From the IMG/VR virus record IMGVR_UViG_3300008624_000002: 64,000 nt of DNA; one strand, written 5' to 3'. Under the pieces are notes generated by a model that had not been told where the DNA came from, did no database searches, and was given only the letters and a program-made list of their open reading frames with translations. Positions within the stretch are counted from its first letter, which is position 1. Every line of letters begins with the position of its first letter. A program made the position numbers and the translations under genes. This DNA comes from an uncultured virus (IMG/VR IMGVR_UViG_3300008624_000002) (lineage: Duplodnaviria; Heunggongvirae; Uroviricota; Caudoviricetes). Of the stretch, positions 47,416 through 57,988 are shown in pieces.

Positions 47416-47961
47416 TTAAGACTTGGTTGCTATGTCGTAGTATGAGAATCTAAATGATACATTAACTAGTGCTGGTTCTGCATCAGCACCAGATTCTAGT
47501 TCAATTGAACCTAATGCAATAGGAAATGCATCATGGAATCTAATATATCTGTTTGCGATATTTTTATTTGTGTTGATAACTAGTGTTATATCTGAGTATT
47601 GATTTAAGTCATTTGCAGTAGATTGTAAAACATTTGTACCTGATTTTGCAGTTCCGGTAAATGTTCCATACAATTCTGGATCACTTAAAGGAACTATAGA
47701 GTCTATCCAATTGTATATCTCTACAAAGTTCTGTAAGTCTTCGTCTACTAAGAATGATACTTCTAATGTATCGAATGATGCCTTATCGCCTGGAAAGAAA
47801 GCTTCTAAACCAACACCAGCAGGTTGAACTGTTTCTCCAAACTGAACACCTGGTATGTTTACTGTTCTAACATAATATTCTACAGTAGGGACTTTATCTA
47901 TTAGAAGTCTAAAGTTATTTTTATTTAGAATCGATTTGTTTATATCTGTTTTTATACCCAT
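47416..47961 (-). CDS. 3: Tail completion / tube terminator (gp3)
   Basis: VNIPG, FLVDEDLQNFVEIYNWI, FHDAFPIALG. Confidence 0.85.
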   Translation of the reverse strand: MGIKTDINKSILNKNNFRLLIDKVPTVEYYVRTVNIPGVQFGETVQPAGVGLEAFFPGDKASFDTLEVSFLVDEDLQNFVEIYNWIDSIVPLSDPELYGTFTGTAKSGTNVLQSTANDLNQYSDITLVINTNKNIANRYIRFHDAFPIALGSIELESGADAEPALVNVSFRFSYYDIATKS

Positions 47962-47975
47962 GCTACTATTTATGC

Positions 47976-47998
47976 AAAAGGGGACCGTAGTCCCCTTT
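47976..47998 (-). terminator. Intrinsic terminator
   Basis: AAAGGGGAC-cgta-GTCCCCTTT. Confidence 0.75.
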
Positions 47999-48016
47999 CT
48001 TAGTTAATAAAAGTAT

Positions 48017-48232
48017 TTACTTCTCATTAACGAACTCATTCAACTGTCTAGCAGTCGCAATGACTTCTTCCGTAGAAACGAATTGGTCACCTAGTGCCCT
48101 TTTATCGTTTGGGAAGTTTTCATTGTGAATACCAATAGCCTCATTATCTCTGTAGAGGTTTCCTTCTAAGAGACCTTGTGCTTGGTTTAGTAAGTCGGCT
48201 CTGATTTCGAAGCCTGATTTTGGTTGTGACAT
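48017..48232 (-). CDS. Small conserved protein downstream of gene 23
   Basis: SGFEIRADLL..A, EEVIATARQLNEFV; late promoter at 48284; GGAGG RBS. Confidence 0.7.
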   Translation of the reverse strand: MSQPKSGFEIRADLLNQAQGLLEGNLYRDNEAIGIHNENFPNDKRALGDQFVSTEEVIATARQLNEFVNEK

Positions 48233-48295
48233 AATTTCCTCCTGTGTGTATGTGTGTTATGTCTGTATCTTAATGATACTTTATATTTAGTGCAT

Positions 48296-48324
48296 AAAAA
48301 AAGGGGTCTCGAAAGACCCCTTTT
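48296..48324 (-). terminator. Intrinsic terminator after major capsid gene
   Basis: AAAAGGGGTC(T)-loop-(A)GACCCCTTTT; TTCG in the loop on the minus strand. Confidence 0.85.
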
Positions 48325-48359
48325 AACTTTGAACTGTAGTTCTACTACAATAGAGTTTC

Positions 48360-49664
48360 TTACATAATGTTAGAAACTACCATTTTTCTGTAGTATTGGT
48401 TAGTTCCATCAGTCGCAAGACCGTTAGCAGGTGTAGCACCTACGAATGGGTTTGAAACCATTCCGTATCTTGTTTTGAAACCGATTTTAGGTTGGAAAGT
48501 ATTTTCGCCAACAGCACGAACCATTTGTAATGGAACATATGGGCAATAGAACATACCAGCGTCATAAGGGTTAGTACCTCTATAACCAACTGTCATGTAG
48601 TCTGCGCCAGCATATGGATCAACATATACTTTAACTCTTCCGTTAAGAACACCGGCGAAAGTATTGCCTGTGTCATCAACATTCAAGTTAGTGGAAAGTG
48701 CAGGTGCGTAATCTAATACACCAGCCATTGAAAGAGCAGATGCAACATCACTTGAGCAAAGGATAAAGTTACCTTTTCCTCTACGAGTTTCTTTTGCAAT
48801 TGTGTTTGATTCTCTTTCGATTTGGAACAATAAACCTTTGAACTTCTCAACTGACCATCTTCCGTTAGCGTCAACATCTAAGTTGAAAGTACCAGCAGTT
48901 GCTGTTGCGGCTGCACCAGTTTTTGCTTGGTTGTTTACTTCCCTTACAACTTCTCTGTTAATCTCTGCAAGTATTTCACTTGAAAGAATGTTTGCTAACT
49001 CAGATTCAGCGTCAAGACCGTGGATTGCTTTTAAGTCTTGTGCAAGTTCTAGAGTGTATTCTGCTTTTAATGCTCTGGATACAGCAGTCACAGTTGATTT
49101 TTCAATTGTGAATGACATTTCAGCAAATGCGTTATTAGCGGCATCGCCTAATGCTTCAGCTGTAGCTGTGCTCATACCAGTAGAAGTAGCGTTTTGATAC
49201 GCACTACCACCAGCAAATGGATCACCTTCTGGATCAGCATCAACACCAGCGTTGTCAGTGTTAGCTGCGGCTGAATGAGCAGTTCTCGGCTCATTAACAC
49301 CCATAGCTTCTGAATTTGCTAATCTTGTACCTGAAGGGTAATCTTGGTATCTTGCTTTCATAGCGAAGATAAGTCCTGTAGGACCAGTCATTGGTTGAAC
49401 ACCACAAATGTCGTAAGCAACGAGATTTGGCATAGCTCTTCGAACTAGTGAAATTAGGATAGGATCCCAATTACTAATTCCAGTGCCAGTAGCATTTAAA
49501 GGTGCTGCTTCCTCAAGAGTTTGGCGGTCTTCTGCAAGTGCCTTCTCTTGGTTTTCTAGGATTACAGCAGTGACGGCTCTTTTGTAGTTGTCTTCGATTT
49601 TAGGTAAATCGGAGTGCTCTAGAATAGGGCTCCACTTTTCTTGTAAATTTTCTGATAAAAACAT
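48360..49664 (-). CDS. 23: Major capsid protein (gp23)
   Basis: LISLVRRAMPNLVAYDICGVQPMTGPTGLIFAM, RALKAEYT.ELAQDLKAIHGLDAE, FQPKIGFKTRYG. Confidence 0.98.
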   Translation of the reverse strand: MFLSENLQEKWSPILEHSDLPKIEDNYKRAVTAVILENQEKALAEDRQTLEEAAPLNATGTGISNWDPILISLVRRAMPNLVAYDICGVQPMTGPTGLIFAMKARYQDYPSGTRLANSEAMGVNEPRTAHSAAANTDNAGVDADPEGDPFAGGSAYQNATSTGMSTATAEALGDAANNAFAEMSFTIEKSTVTAVSRALKAEYTLELAQDLKAIHGLDAESELANILSSEILAEINREVVREVNNQAKTGAAATATAGTFNLDVDANGRWSVEKFKGLLFQIERESNTIAKETRRGKGNFILCSSDVASALSMAGVLDYAPALSTNLNVDDTGNTFAGVLNGRVKVYVDPYAGADYMTVGYRGTNPYDAGMFYCPYVPLQMVRAVGENTFQPKIGFKTRYGMVSNPFVGATPANGLATDGTNQYYRKMVVSNIM

Positions 49665-49682
49665 TTCTGATTTCCTTTAAAT

Positions 49683-51092
49683 TTAACCTAATGGTTGTAG
49701 TTTACTAATTGCAGATGAATACTGAGTCATAGTAGGATCTAGAACAGTTTCTTCACTTGAAGTAAATTCACCAGTTCCTTCTTCTACTCTCGTTTCTTCT
49801 GCGATGTCTTCTTCTTTTGGAAAGTAAGCATTCTTAAGTTCTTCAACTTTATCACTAAAGTCTTCAGCACTTGTGAAGTCTACACCTTCTGCAAGAGAAA
49901 CCATCTTCTCTGTTTGTGATTCAGTTAGGTCATTACATGCCTCTCTAATCACATTGCCTCTTTTGAGTTGGTCGTTCTCAGCAACTACATCCATATTCTT
50001 CTGGACTTCACTGTCGAGTTTTTCTTCCATCTCATCAAGACGATTTGCGAGTTCATCAATAACATTGTACTTATCTTCTGGAACTTCAACATAATGTTCT
50101 ACGAACAATGTTTTAAGTCCTTCGATGAAGTTATCTGTCATTTCTGACCTCAAACCTCTTTCGATTGCAAGTTCGTTTTCTTTCGTCCACTCTTCTGCAC
50201 AATAGGATAGATATTTGTCAACGGCCTCTGCGAGGTCTTCTTTGACTTTATCTACTGAGGTTTCTAAATTCTTCTCGTAAGTTGTTTCTAATTCTTCTTT
50301 GATTTCAGCAACTTTTGAAGATACAGCGGCTTTGAAGATAGTTCTTGCTTTCTCAGAATTTTCTTCTGATAGTTCAAGTGCTTCTGAGATTTTCTCTAGG
50401 TCGTCTTCTATTTCCATCTCAACTAACTCAGACTCAACTTCTGTAGACTCTTTAGTAGTTTTCTTTTCATCAACTTCTTCTTCGTCTTCATCATCTTCGT
50501 CTTCGTCTTCTTCTTCGTCACCTTCGTCTTCTTCTTTAGCTACTTTTTCTTCAAGCTTCGAATAAGTTTCTGCAACTGTTTCTTCGTCTGAACCCTTTAA
50601 GAATTCTACGATATTTCTTGCAATTTCTGCTTTAGTCAAGGATTCGTCAACCTCTTGAGTTTCGTCCTCAGACTGTACCATTTCTGAATACATAGTCTGT
50701 AAGTCTTCTTTACTCATATCCTTCATAGTGTTGACCATAGCCTTGATTGTTTGCATTTTGGAAGGAGCTTCTTCAGCGATTGTATCTTCTGAATCTTTAT
50801 CTTCTTCCTCTTTTACTTTTTTCAACTTAGGTTGCTTCTCGGCAGGAGCTTCCCCTTTCTGTTGAGCGTCACCACTCACTTCTTTGGTTCCTTTCTCTGC
50901 ACTTTTAATAGATGCAACTGCTTTGTCAACAGGATTTTCTTCTGGTTTGACGACTTCACCTTTACCACTTTCAATTTTAGCGGCATCAGATGAACCTTGC
51001 TTAACAGGTTTTGAGTCACCTTTTTGAGCTTTAGAATCTGGCTGAAGAGCCTCTTCTATTGCCTGTTCTAGGTTTTTTTCTAAATCTGCCAT
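49683..51092 (-). CDS. 22: Prohead core scaffold (gp22)
   Basis: Acidic coiled-coil, TIFKAAV, VDKYLSY..EEW..ENELAIERGLRSE. Confidence 0.9.
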   Translation of the reverse strand: MADLEKNLEQAIEEALQPDSKAQKGDSKPVKQGSSDAAKIESGKGEVVKPEENPVDKAVASIKSAEKGTKEVSGDAQQKGEAPAEKQPKLKKVKEEEDKDSEDTIAEEAPSKMQTIKAMVNTMKDMSKEDLQTMYSEMVQSEDETQEVDESLTKAEIARNIVEFLKGSDEETVAETYSKLEEKVAKEEDEGDEEEDEDEDDEDEEEVDEKKTTKESTEVESELVEMEIEDDLEKISEALELSEENSEKARTIFKAAVSSKVAEIKEELETTYEKNLETSVDKVKEDLAEAVDKYLSYCAEEWTKENELAIERGLRSEMTDNFIEGLKTLFVEHYVEVPEDKYNVIDELANRLDEMEEKLDSEVQKNMDVVAENDQLKRGNVIREACNDLTESQTEKMVSLAEGVDFTSAEDFSDKVEELKNAYFPKEEDIAEETRVEEGTGEFTSSEETVLDPTMTQYSSAISKLQPLG

Positions 51093-51127
51093 TTGTTTCT
51101 CCTGTTTGAGTTTTAGCTTAACTCTTT

Positions 51128-51135
51128 TATTTATA
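51128..51135 (-). promoter_or_regulatory. T4-type late promoter (genes 22-23)
   Basis: Exact TATAAATA in the intergenic gap. Confidence 0.75.
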
Positions 51136-51137
51136 TA

Positions 51138-51791
51138 TTATAGGTTCTCTACGAACTTTTTCCATAAAATTAATTTGGTTTCTTCAAGTTTATTAAGCCT
51201 TGCAGCTTTTAAATCTTTCTGCATTTGTTCGGCGTCTTGTGCTTTAAGAATACCAGATTCATAGACCCACTCTACTCCTTCCATGATGCCTTCTACGAAA
51301 GCCTCTGGAGCGGAAGGGTCTGCAACGATATCAGCGGCAGTTGCCAATTGAAAATCGTCTTTAACATATTGAGCACCACCTCGTTGTTCTAGTGAACCTA
51401 GACCACGAGAAGATACTCCTAGTTTTGCACCGTCATTAATCAGATTTCTTACAATCTGACCGTTTGGTGTTGATAAAATCTTTGCTCTCCCCATGAAGTT
51501 ATTACCATCTTCTTCTAGTTTGGTAATCATGTGAGATACTTTGTCTAAATTGATTGTTGGACCGTCTGGATGTCCCAACTCACCGAATGCTCTGTCTTTT
51601 TTTACGAACTCTTTTACATATCGGTTTACTTCTTTTGCCATTACGGCTTTAGGGTATACACGACCATTTCTGTTTTTTATTTCTGCCTGCATGAATACTC
51701 CTTCTATGAAGTATTCTTTTTCACCCTTTTCGTTCTCTTCGACTATTACAGGTGCGACTTGATAGTCTGTAAATTCTGATATTAATTTCAT
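51138..51791 (-). CDS. 21: Prohead protease (gp21)
   Basis: KNRNGRVYP, GELGHP, GVSSRGLGS, DIVADPSAP. Confidence 0.95.
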   Translation of the reverse strand: MKLISEFTDYQVAPVIVEENEKGEKEYFIEGVFMQAEIKNRNGRVYPKAVMAKEVNRYVKEFVKKDRAFGELGHPDGPTINLDKVSHMITKLEEDGNNFMGRAKILSTPNGQIVRNLINDGAKLGVSSRGLGSLEQRGGAQYVKDDFQLATAADIVADPSAPEAFVEGIMEGVEWVYESGILKAQDAEQMQKDLKAARLNKLEETKLILWKKFVENL

Positions 51792-52096
51792 GTATTTGAC
51801 TCCCTAATTACTGTTAGTATATCATGTTTTGAGATGTCTTCTTCACCCATCTGTCTAATTACATTCTTAATATTCTTCATCTCTTTCTCAGCAGCCTTCA
51901 TATTTATATATGGGTCTCCCATTGAAACACCATCTATATAGACATGAACTTTGCCTCGTTTATCCTCTCCGAACCTTATGTCGAGAGTTTTGCCGGCGAC
52001 CTTTTGAGTCTCCTTCTTAACTTCTTTCTGGTCACGAGGAAATTTAAACTTTGCCTCATTCAGAATCGTTATTATCTGTTCCCAAGTCTTCGCCAT
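51788..52096 (-). CDS. Hypothetical protein in gp68 position
   Basis: Synteny between portal and protease. Confidence 0.5.
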   Translation of the reverse strand: MAKTWEQIITILNEAKFKFPRDQKEVKKETQKVAGKTLDIRFGEDKRGKVHVYIDGVSMGDPYINMKAAEKEMKNIKNVIRQMGEEDISKHDILTVIRESNT

Positions 52097-52241
52097 TGTT
52101 CCAATCTACTGACATTTCAACTCTTTTCATGTCGACAGCGTCAGCAGCCTTTTGTTTGATGCCTTGATTTATAGTTTCTCGTGCATCGTTTAATTTACCA
52201 GATTCAATCTGGTCTACTATCTGTTTACTAATTTCTGACAT
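52056..52241 (-). CDS. Small prohead core protein (gp67 position)
   Basis: Synteny; directly after portal. Confidence 0.55.
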   Translation of the reverse strand: MSEISKQIVDQIESGKLNDARETINQGIKQKAADAVDMKRVEMSVDWNNGEDLGTDNNDSE

Positions 52242-53767
52242 TAGAATTCATCTCCTTCTTCTTCACTATGTCCCTCACTATCCATTTCGCCTTGTATTCT
52301 AGCGATATCGTCTTCTGAGAAACGAAGTATATGTTTTCTGATATATTCATCAGAAAAATACTTACCAACAAATGATTCTGCCTGTGAAAGAGTATCTAAT
52401 CTTTCTCTGATAATTTCTCCCTCTTTCAATTCTTGGAAGTGATTATCTGTCGCAAAATCATAATATATAAAATCTTTAAATGCATCGAACTCTTCTCCTG
52501 ACACAATGTTTTTCAATATCATTTGTGTTCTGAGTAAATCTGTAAAGAGTCTTGCAAACTTAGTCTGTAATCTCTTTGTGAACTTATTAAACTTAAGTTC
52601 ATCTCTAGATATCTCAGATGCCCTACCCATATTGAAACCATTATCAGCTTCAAGTCTTGAGATAGGTACATTTAGAGAACGATACAACTTCTTCTTGAAG
52701 TATTCTATATCTTCTATCTCTGAAAGATTCATGCCACCTGGAAGAGTTTCAATCTGAGTTCCTCGACCTCCCTCTCTTCTAGGTAACCAGAAATCTTCCA
52801 ACATTGACATGTGGCGTCTATCATCTTTGATTTCGCCTGTATCTGCATTATAAACAAGTTTATTTCTATACTTGTTCATAGTATCTGCAAGATACTGTTC
52901 TGCCTTTGCCTTTGGAAGGTTTCCTACATCAATGTAGAAAATTCTTCTTTCTGGTGCCCTTGAAATCCTATAGATAACAAGTGCATCTTCCATCATTGAT
53001 AACTGATTCGCAGTCTTCAATGCTTTGTGTAAGTAACCTATGACTACATTCTTAGTGTAATCTAACATACCAGAAGTTGTATAACTTACTGCCTCTGGTG
53101 CGATTCTTACTGTAGAGCCCTCACTGGCACTACCTTTATCGAAACCTTTATCGCTGAAGATATAAAACTCTTCAACTTTCTTTATTATATCAATCTTGGT
53201 TTTAGCGTCTTTCTCTTTCTCGACATTTCTAACCTTCTTGATTTTCAAGGGGTCGACATTTCTTATATCAACCATACCTTGCTGTGGTCTTTTACTGTCA
53301 ACGACTTTATGGAAATAAATCCTGCCGTCAACATACCACTTTCGGAATAGTTCATGAGAATTTTGATGAAATTTCATTAAGGAGAGAATCCCCTTAAATT
53401 CGTCATGCATCTTGGTTTTGATGCTGTCTGACAATTCTACATCTCTTAAGTCTAATGAGACTATTCTATCTTGGGTATCTGAAACTATACATTCATTTAC
53501 TATATCTTCGATAGCAATATCACATTCTGGAACCAGAGATGTTTCACGGTATCTTGTAATGAGTGCGACCTCATTCTTGATACCGCCTTCCATATCAATA
53601 TAGGAACCATATGCTCCACCTGATATGAAACCACCTGGTGCTTGTTGGATAATGGGAGTTCCATCATCCTCAACAGGTGCAACAAAAGAAGCCGCTGACT
53701 TCTTTGCTACATCTTTTACTCTTAACTCGTCTTTCTTACGAGTGATTTCAAACCCAAAAATTTCCAT
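52241..53767 (-). CDS. 20: Portal protein (gp20)
   Basis: FRKWYVDGR, YRISRAPERRIFYIDVGNLPK.KAEQY, EDFWLPRREGGRGT. Confidence 0.97.
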   Translation of the reverse strand: MEIFGFEITRKKDELRVKDVAKKSAASFVAPVEDDGTPIIQQAPGGFISGGAYGSYIDMEGGIKNEVALITRYRETSLVPECDIAIEDIVNECIVSDTQDRIVSLDLRDVELSDSIKTKMHDEFKGILSLMKFHQNSHELFRKWYVDGRIYFHKVVDSKRPQQGMVDIRNVDPLKIKKVRNVEKEKDAKTKIDIIKKVEEFYIFSDKGFDKGSASEGSTVRIAPEAVSYTTSGMLDYTKNVVIGYLHKALKTANQLSMMEDALVIYRISRAPERRIFYIDVGNLPKAKAEQYLADTMNKYRNKLVYNADTGEIKDDRRHMSMLEDFWLPRREGGRGTQIETLPGGMNLSEIEDIEYFKKKLYRSLNVPISRLEADNGFNMGRASEISRDELKFNKFTKRLQTKFARLFTDLLRTQMILKNIVSGEEFDAFKDFIYYDFATDNHFQELKEGEIIRERLDTLSQAESFVGKYFSDEYIRKHILRFSEDDIARIQGEMDSEGHSEEEGDEF

Positions 53768-53772
53768 AATAA

Positions 53773-53780
53773 TATTTATA
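53773..53780 (-). promoter_or_regulatory. T4-type late promoter (gene 20)
   Basis: Exact TATAAATA, overlapping hairpin 53778-53801. Confidence 0.7.
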
Positions 53781-53809
53781 ACTCCCTAAAGGGGGAGTTA
53801 TTCACTAAA

Positions 53810-54307
53810 TTAAAGGACTCTTTCCCAATGAGAATACTGGAATTCAACATCAAAGGTCTCCAATGCATCGACTGTCTCATATGATAAGTCAATAGCACCT
53901 ATAGAGGTTGGAAACATGTTAAAGAATTCGTATCTCGCAAGAACTGAGTCGTCTTTATTTAATTGTTCAACAAATGCTCTGTCTACTAAGTAGTCTAATG
54001 AAGTCATACCTTCACCACTGTCTAATTCTTGGATATCTGTTTGCCAAGACTCTAAGGCAGTTCTTGATGAAAATTCTACATCATTAATAATCGTCACGGT
54101 CCAAGGTTCAAATGTTCTATCTCCTGCGAGTTTTAGAATATGTCCTCTGAACTGTTGTTCAACTACACCTACAGTAGCAGCAGGAATTTGTGCAGACTGA
54201 CATAAGAATTCAATCTTATTGCCTGTTCTAGGTATAAAAACTCTAAAACGGTTTGCTCTAGGGCCTCCGCCGAGTAATTGTGCTTTAAATTGGTCTATAC
54301 TTGCCAT
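53810..54307 (-). CDS. 19: Tail tube protein (gp19)
   Basis: GGPRANRF, AGDRTFEPWTVTIIND, FPTSIGAIDLS. Confidence 0.93.
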   Translation of the reverse strand: MASIDQFKAQLLGGGPRANRFRVFIPRTGNKIEFLCQSAQIPAATVGVVEQQFRGHILKLAGDRTFEPWTVTIINDVEFSSRTALESWQTDIQELDSGEGMTSLDYLVDRAFVEQLNKDDSVLARYEFFNMFPTSIGAIDLSYETVDALETFDVEFQYSHWERVL

Positions 54308-54320
54308 TTACTTATACTCC

Positions 54321-56324
54321 TTAAACTGCGCCGTAAATTTCTTCGAACTGAACACCACTCTTAGCGGCGACAAAGTTCAATGTTATGTAGTTAATTGATT
54401 TAGTTGGTTTCAAGAATATTGAACAAACGAATTCGTTTCTATCTTGAACAGCATCTGTATTGTTTGTTTCGTCACAAACAACTGAGAAGTCTATTAGACC
54501 TCTTCTGTTCTTAACATCTCTTAAGAAAGGTTCTACAGCAGCCCTAAATTGTGCCCTTGTAAATGAATCGTTGAATTCAAACAATTGAGCCTTAGCGGCA
54601 GTTGAAATAGCCTTTTCTAAAGTGATGAATAATCTTCTTACATTGATTCTATCAAATGCAGAAGGTGAACTTAATGCAGTCTTGTCTCCAAATAGTACAG
54701 TTCCTTGTCCAGGAAATGTGACTATTGGGTTAATTCTTGCACGATACAAGTCATCTCTTGATGCCTGTTTCGGATTAAACGCAAGTTTAGTAATACCCAT
54801 GTATTGTCCTCTTGCGAATCCAGCAGGTGAATACCATGGGTCTTGCAGTAAGTCTGCTCTTGCCATGATGCCTGCGGTGTGTCCGTTACCTGGAATCCAA
54901 CAGTATTTGTCGTTGTATCTTTCGTATTGGTATACCCAACCACTATCTAGAACACAATATGAACTAGAAGTCACTGATGCGAAATCTGCTTTAACATTAG
55001 TTGCCTGAGTTGATTCGGAAGATACATTTACTACGGATGCTCTTCTTGGCGAAGCAACTACCATGCAATCTTTTCTTGCTTCTGCAATTAAGATAGCACT
55101 GTTTACTATACTGTTATGGTCTGCAACTGTATCTTGTGCGGACTCTGAACCACCCCCAGCATCAGTAGATGTTGAACCTACGATGAGGAAAGAGATGTCG
55201 ATTAACTCGCCATCTGCAAAGTGTTTATCCCATGCATCTGTTTTTTGACCAACAGTTGGGTTTGCCCTACCATCTGCACCACCACTTAATGATGATAACT
55301 CAGGTAAAGCGGGTCTGCCAAACGCAGTTCCTACTGCGGTTGCCATTGTTCTATGTTCAGCAGCACTTGCCAACATTGCTGTTGAGTGTCCTGACCAATA
55401 GACATATTTTGAATCTCTTTCGATTACATCTCTATAATAATTAGAGTTACCAACACTGTCATTAGCGTCTGTAGCCAACGAGCAGAAACCATGAGCTTCT
55501 AATACTGTGCCCTTTGTACCTGTTATTGCACCGTCTTCGTCTATTACGACAACATGAACTTCGTCATTTACAGCGCCAATCAATGTTGCGTGAGCAGATG
55601 TTCCTGGTGCCTTGTCGAATAATGCGTAGTGTTCCCAATATCTGTCTACAGCTGAATTATCAGCGACAGCAGCTACTAGGCCTGTGCCAGCAGGTTGGTT
55701 TAAAGCTTCGATAGTTAAGTTATGAGAGGAAATTGCCGTAATCTTATATAGATTAGTGTGAGCTGCGAACTTAATGATATCTCCAACAACAAACAAAGCG
55801 CCATTATCAACTGTGACAGTTGTTGCCCCAATTGCGTAATTTGAACTATTGTTTATTAAAGATGCGTTATCATTATAGTAAGCGTCACTAGATGCACAAA
55901 CTGAAACTTTAAGAGAGTTTCCTAAAGTACCTGCGAATCTAGATGTCCATTTTCCTACTGTACCTGCACTACCACCACTTTTGAAAGTATTTGTGTAATC
56001 ATCAGAGTGTTTTAATAATGTTGCGCCGTTCCCACTAGCGTTAGCTGAGAATAATCCAGTGTTAGATATTCTTACAACACTTAATGAAGAACCATATCTC
56101 AAGAAAGATTCTGCTGAATAGAAGTCTTCGGCTCCAGCGTCTGTATTAGCCGGTTGGAAAAATTCATCAACTAACTGTTGTCCGTCTGAAACTGTTTTTA
56201 CTTCATCAACAGGACCCCATTGGAATAAGCCAGCGAAAGCCCCTCTTGTTGAGGATACTGCTGGGACAACATTCGATAAGTCAATCTCTTTGACTTGAAC
56301 GCCTGGTGAAACTTGAAATGCCAT
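54321..56324 (-). CDS. 18: Tail sheath protein (gp18)
   Basis: SPGVQVKEIDL, WYSPAG..RG, FDRINVRRLF, FEFND. Confidence 0.96.
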   Translation of the reverse strand: MAFQVSPGVQVKEIDLSNVVPAVSSTRGAFAGLFQWGPVDEVKTVSDGQQLVDEFFQPANTDAGAEDFYSAESFLRYGSSLSVVRISNTGLFSANASGNGATLLKHSDDYTNTFKSGGSAGTVGKWTSRFAGTLGNSLKVSVCASSDAYYNDNASLINNSSNYAIGATTVTVDNGALFVVGDIIKFAAHTNLYKITAISSHNLTIEALNQPAGTGLVAAVADNSAVDRYWEHYALFDKAPGTSAHATLIGAVNDEVHVVVIDEDGAITGTKGTVLEAHGFCSLATDANDSVGNSNYYRDVIERDSKYVYWSGHSTAMLASAAEHRTMATAVGTAFGRPALPELSSLSGGADGRANPTVGQKTDAWDKHFADGELIDISFLIVGSTSTDAGGGSESAQDTVADHNSIVNSAILIAEARKDCMVVASPRRASVVNVSSESTQATNVKADFASVTSSSYCVLDSGWVYQYERYNDKYCWIPGNGHTAGIMARADLLQDPWYSPAGFARGQYMGITKLAFNPKQASRDDLYRARINPIVTFPGQGTVLFGDKTALSSPSAFDRINVRRLFITLEKAISTAAKAQLFEFNDSFTRAQFRAAVEPFLRDVKNRRGLIDFSVVCDETNNTDAVQDRNEFVCSIFLKPTKSINYITLNFVAAKSGVQFEEIYGAV

Positions 56325-56374
56325 ACTTTTCTCCTGTTAATGTATTTTTACATTGTAAAAGTTGTTTACACTTT

Positions 56375-56382
56375 TATTTATA
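56375..56382 (-). promoter_or_regulatory. T4-type late promoter (gene 18)
   Basis: Exact TATAAATA. Confidence 0.75.
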
Positions 56383-56401
56383 TATTTTATTTATCTAAGA
56401 A

Positions 56402-57988
56402 CTACTTTAAACCTTCTGTAGACCATAATTGTCCGTCTGCGTCCACAAATGTTTCATCGTTGTTCTGTTCCCCAAATACTCCTGCTGGTAACAAATCATC
56501 TTCTATCATTTTCTGTTGTTCAGAATATAATAAGTCCTTTACAGCAGTATCCGTTAAGTGTGTGAAAAATTCGGTGGTGACAAACCATGCGAAAAGAACA
56601 CAATTCATGACCATATCGTCATGATATCCTCTGTCTGCCTCGAATGACGACCCCTTATGAACAAATGTCATTAGTTCTGTTATTGTGGGTCTATCTACTA
56701 CAACGAGTCTATTTTCTTCGAGAAGTTCTTTTAGAGTAGAACAACCTACTCTTTTAATCTTTCTCGACATCGTAATACCAATATCTTCTGCTTTTGTTAA
56801 ACCTTGAGTGAAGACATTAGGGTATTCGATATCATAGTGTAATTGAGTAGCAACTAACGAACCTTCTGCGTTATTTTCTATAATAACTAAAGATTCATTA
56901 TATCTACTACAATACTTATTTATTAAATCCGGAAAGAGTAAAGGGCTAACCATATTGTCTCTAAATGTGCAAACTTGTTTAAAAGGTCTCATAGTGATAT
57001 CAAATACACTAAATGTAGAGAAATCCATACCTCTCCCTTGCGAAACATCTACAGTTGTAATATAATTATGTCCTTCTTTTGGTTTCTCATAAACAGTTAA
57101 ACCACCTCTTTTCCATTCTCCATCTAATGCCCTCATACCTAATAAGGTGTCTGCATTGATAAGTGTATTACCAGTACCTAAGAAACTATTACCATACTCT
57201 TGTTCGAATTGTGCTTCTGAGGTATTTGCGATTGTTTGTTCTTTCCATTCTTCATCTCGACCTGGTACATCATACCAGTTTATTACAAAATTTGCATATT
57301 CTGAATTGCCATGAACCGCACTTTCATATATCTTATGGAACATATTACCTACACCATTTGCAGTAGATGTAATAATAACTTTAGAATCTTTACCAGATGT
57401 TACCACAGGATATGTCGCAGTATAGAATACTTCTGCATCTTCTACGAAAGCGAACTCATCTAGATACAACATATTGATTGACATACCACGAATTGAACTT
57501 GAACTTGTTGCGGCCGCCACTAATTTACTATCATTACCAAACTCTATATTACCTTTATTCAGTATCTTTACGCCTGGTTGTAAGAAGAATGGCACGGTTT
57601 CCAACATGGTAACAATTCTGGCTACCATCTCCCTCGCAATCGCCCCTTTATTCGCTAAAATAGCCACAGTGACTTCTGGTGTAAATAGAAGATACCATAG
57701 TAGATATGCACATGATGTTATTGATTTGCCTGACTGTCTAGCAGCTAATACAACACTAAATCTATTATCATCAAAGTGATGTACCAACTCCTCTTGATAA
57801 CCACGAAGGTTAAAAGGCACAAGACCTTCATCTAGTGATATAATTTGTGTATAAGTTTCGATAAAATGGCAAGGGTCGTTGGTGCATTTTTGATATTCTG
57901 CTATCTCTTCTTCGGTGTATTTGCTCTCTACACCTGCTCGTTTTATAAGGTTGTTTCCAAGATAACCTTCGTTTTTAGCTTTAACCAT
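56402..57988 (-). CDS. 17: Terminase large subunit (gp17)
   Basis: ARQSGKS, LYLDEFAF, ITSTANG, VDVSQG, HDDMVM. Confidence 0.96.
   Translation of the reverse strand: MVKAKNEGYLGNNLIKRAGVESKYTEEEIAEYQKCTNDPCHFIETYTQIISLDEGLVPFNLRGYQEELVHHFDDNRFSVVLAARQSGKSITSCAYLLWYLLFTPEVTVAILANKGAIAREMVARIVTMLETVPFFLQPGVKILNKGNIEFGNDSKLVAAATSSSSIRGMSINMLYLDEFAFVEDAEVFYTATYPVVTSGKDSKVIITSTANGVGNMFHKIYESAVHGNSEYANFVINWYDVPGRDEEWKEQTIANTSEAQFEQEYGNSFLGTGNTLINADTLLGMRALDGEWKRGGLTVYEKPKEGHNYITTVDVSQGRGMDFSTFSVFDITMRPFKQVCTFRDNMVSPLLFPDLINKYCSRYNESLVIIENNAEGSLVATQLHYDIEYPNVFTQGLTKAEDIGITMSRKIKRVGCSTLKELLEENRLVVVDRPTITELMTFVHKGSSFEADRGYHDDMVMNCVLFAWFVTTEFFTHLTDTAVKDLLYSEQQKMIEDDLLPAGVFGEQNNDETFVDADGQLWSTEGLK

Noticed and set aside
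50455..50535. TCTTCG/TCA-type short repeats in gene 22 (similar ones at 35650-35850)
   Set aside because: Encode Glu/Asp-rich linkers; not CRISPR or a tandem array
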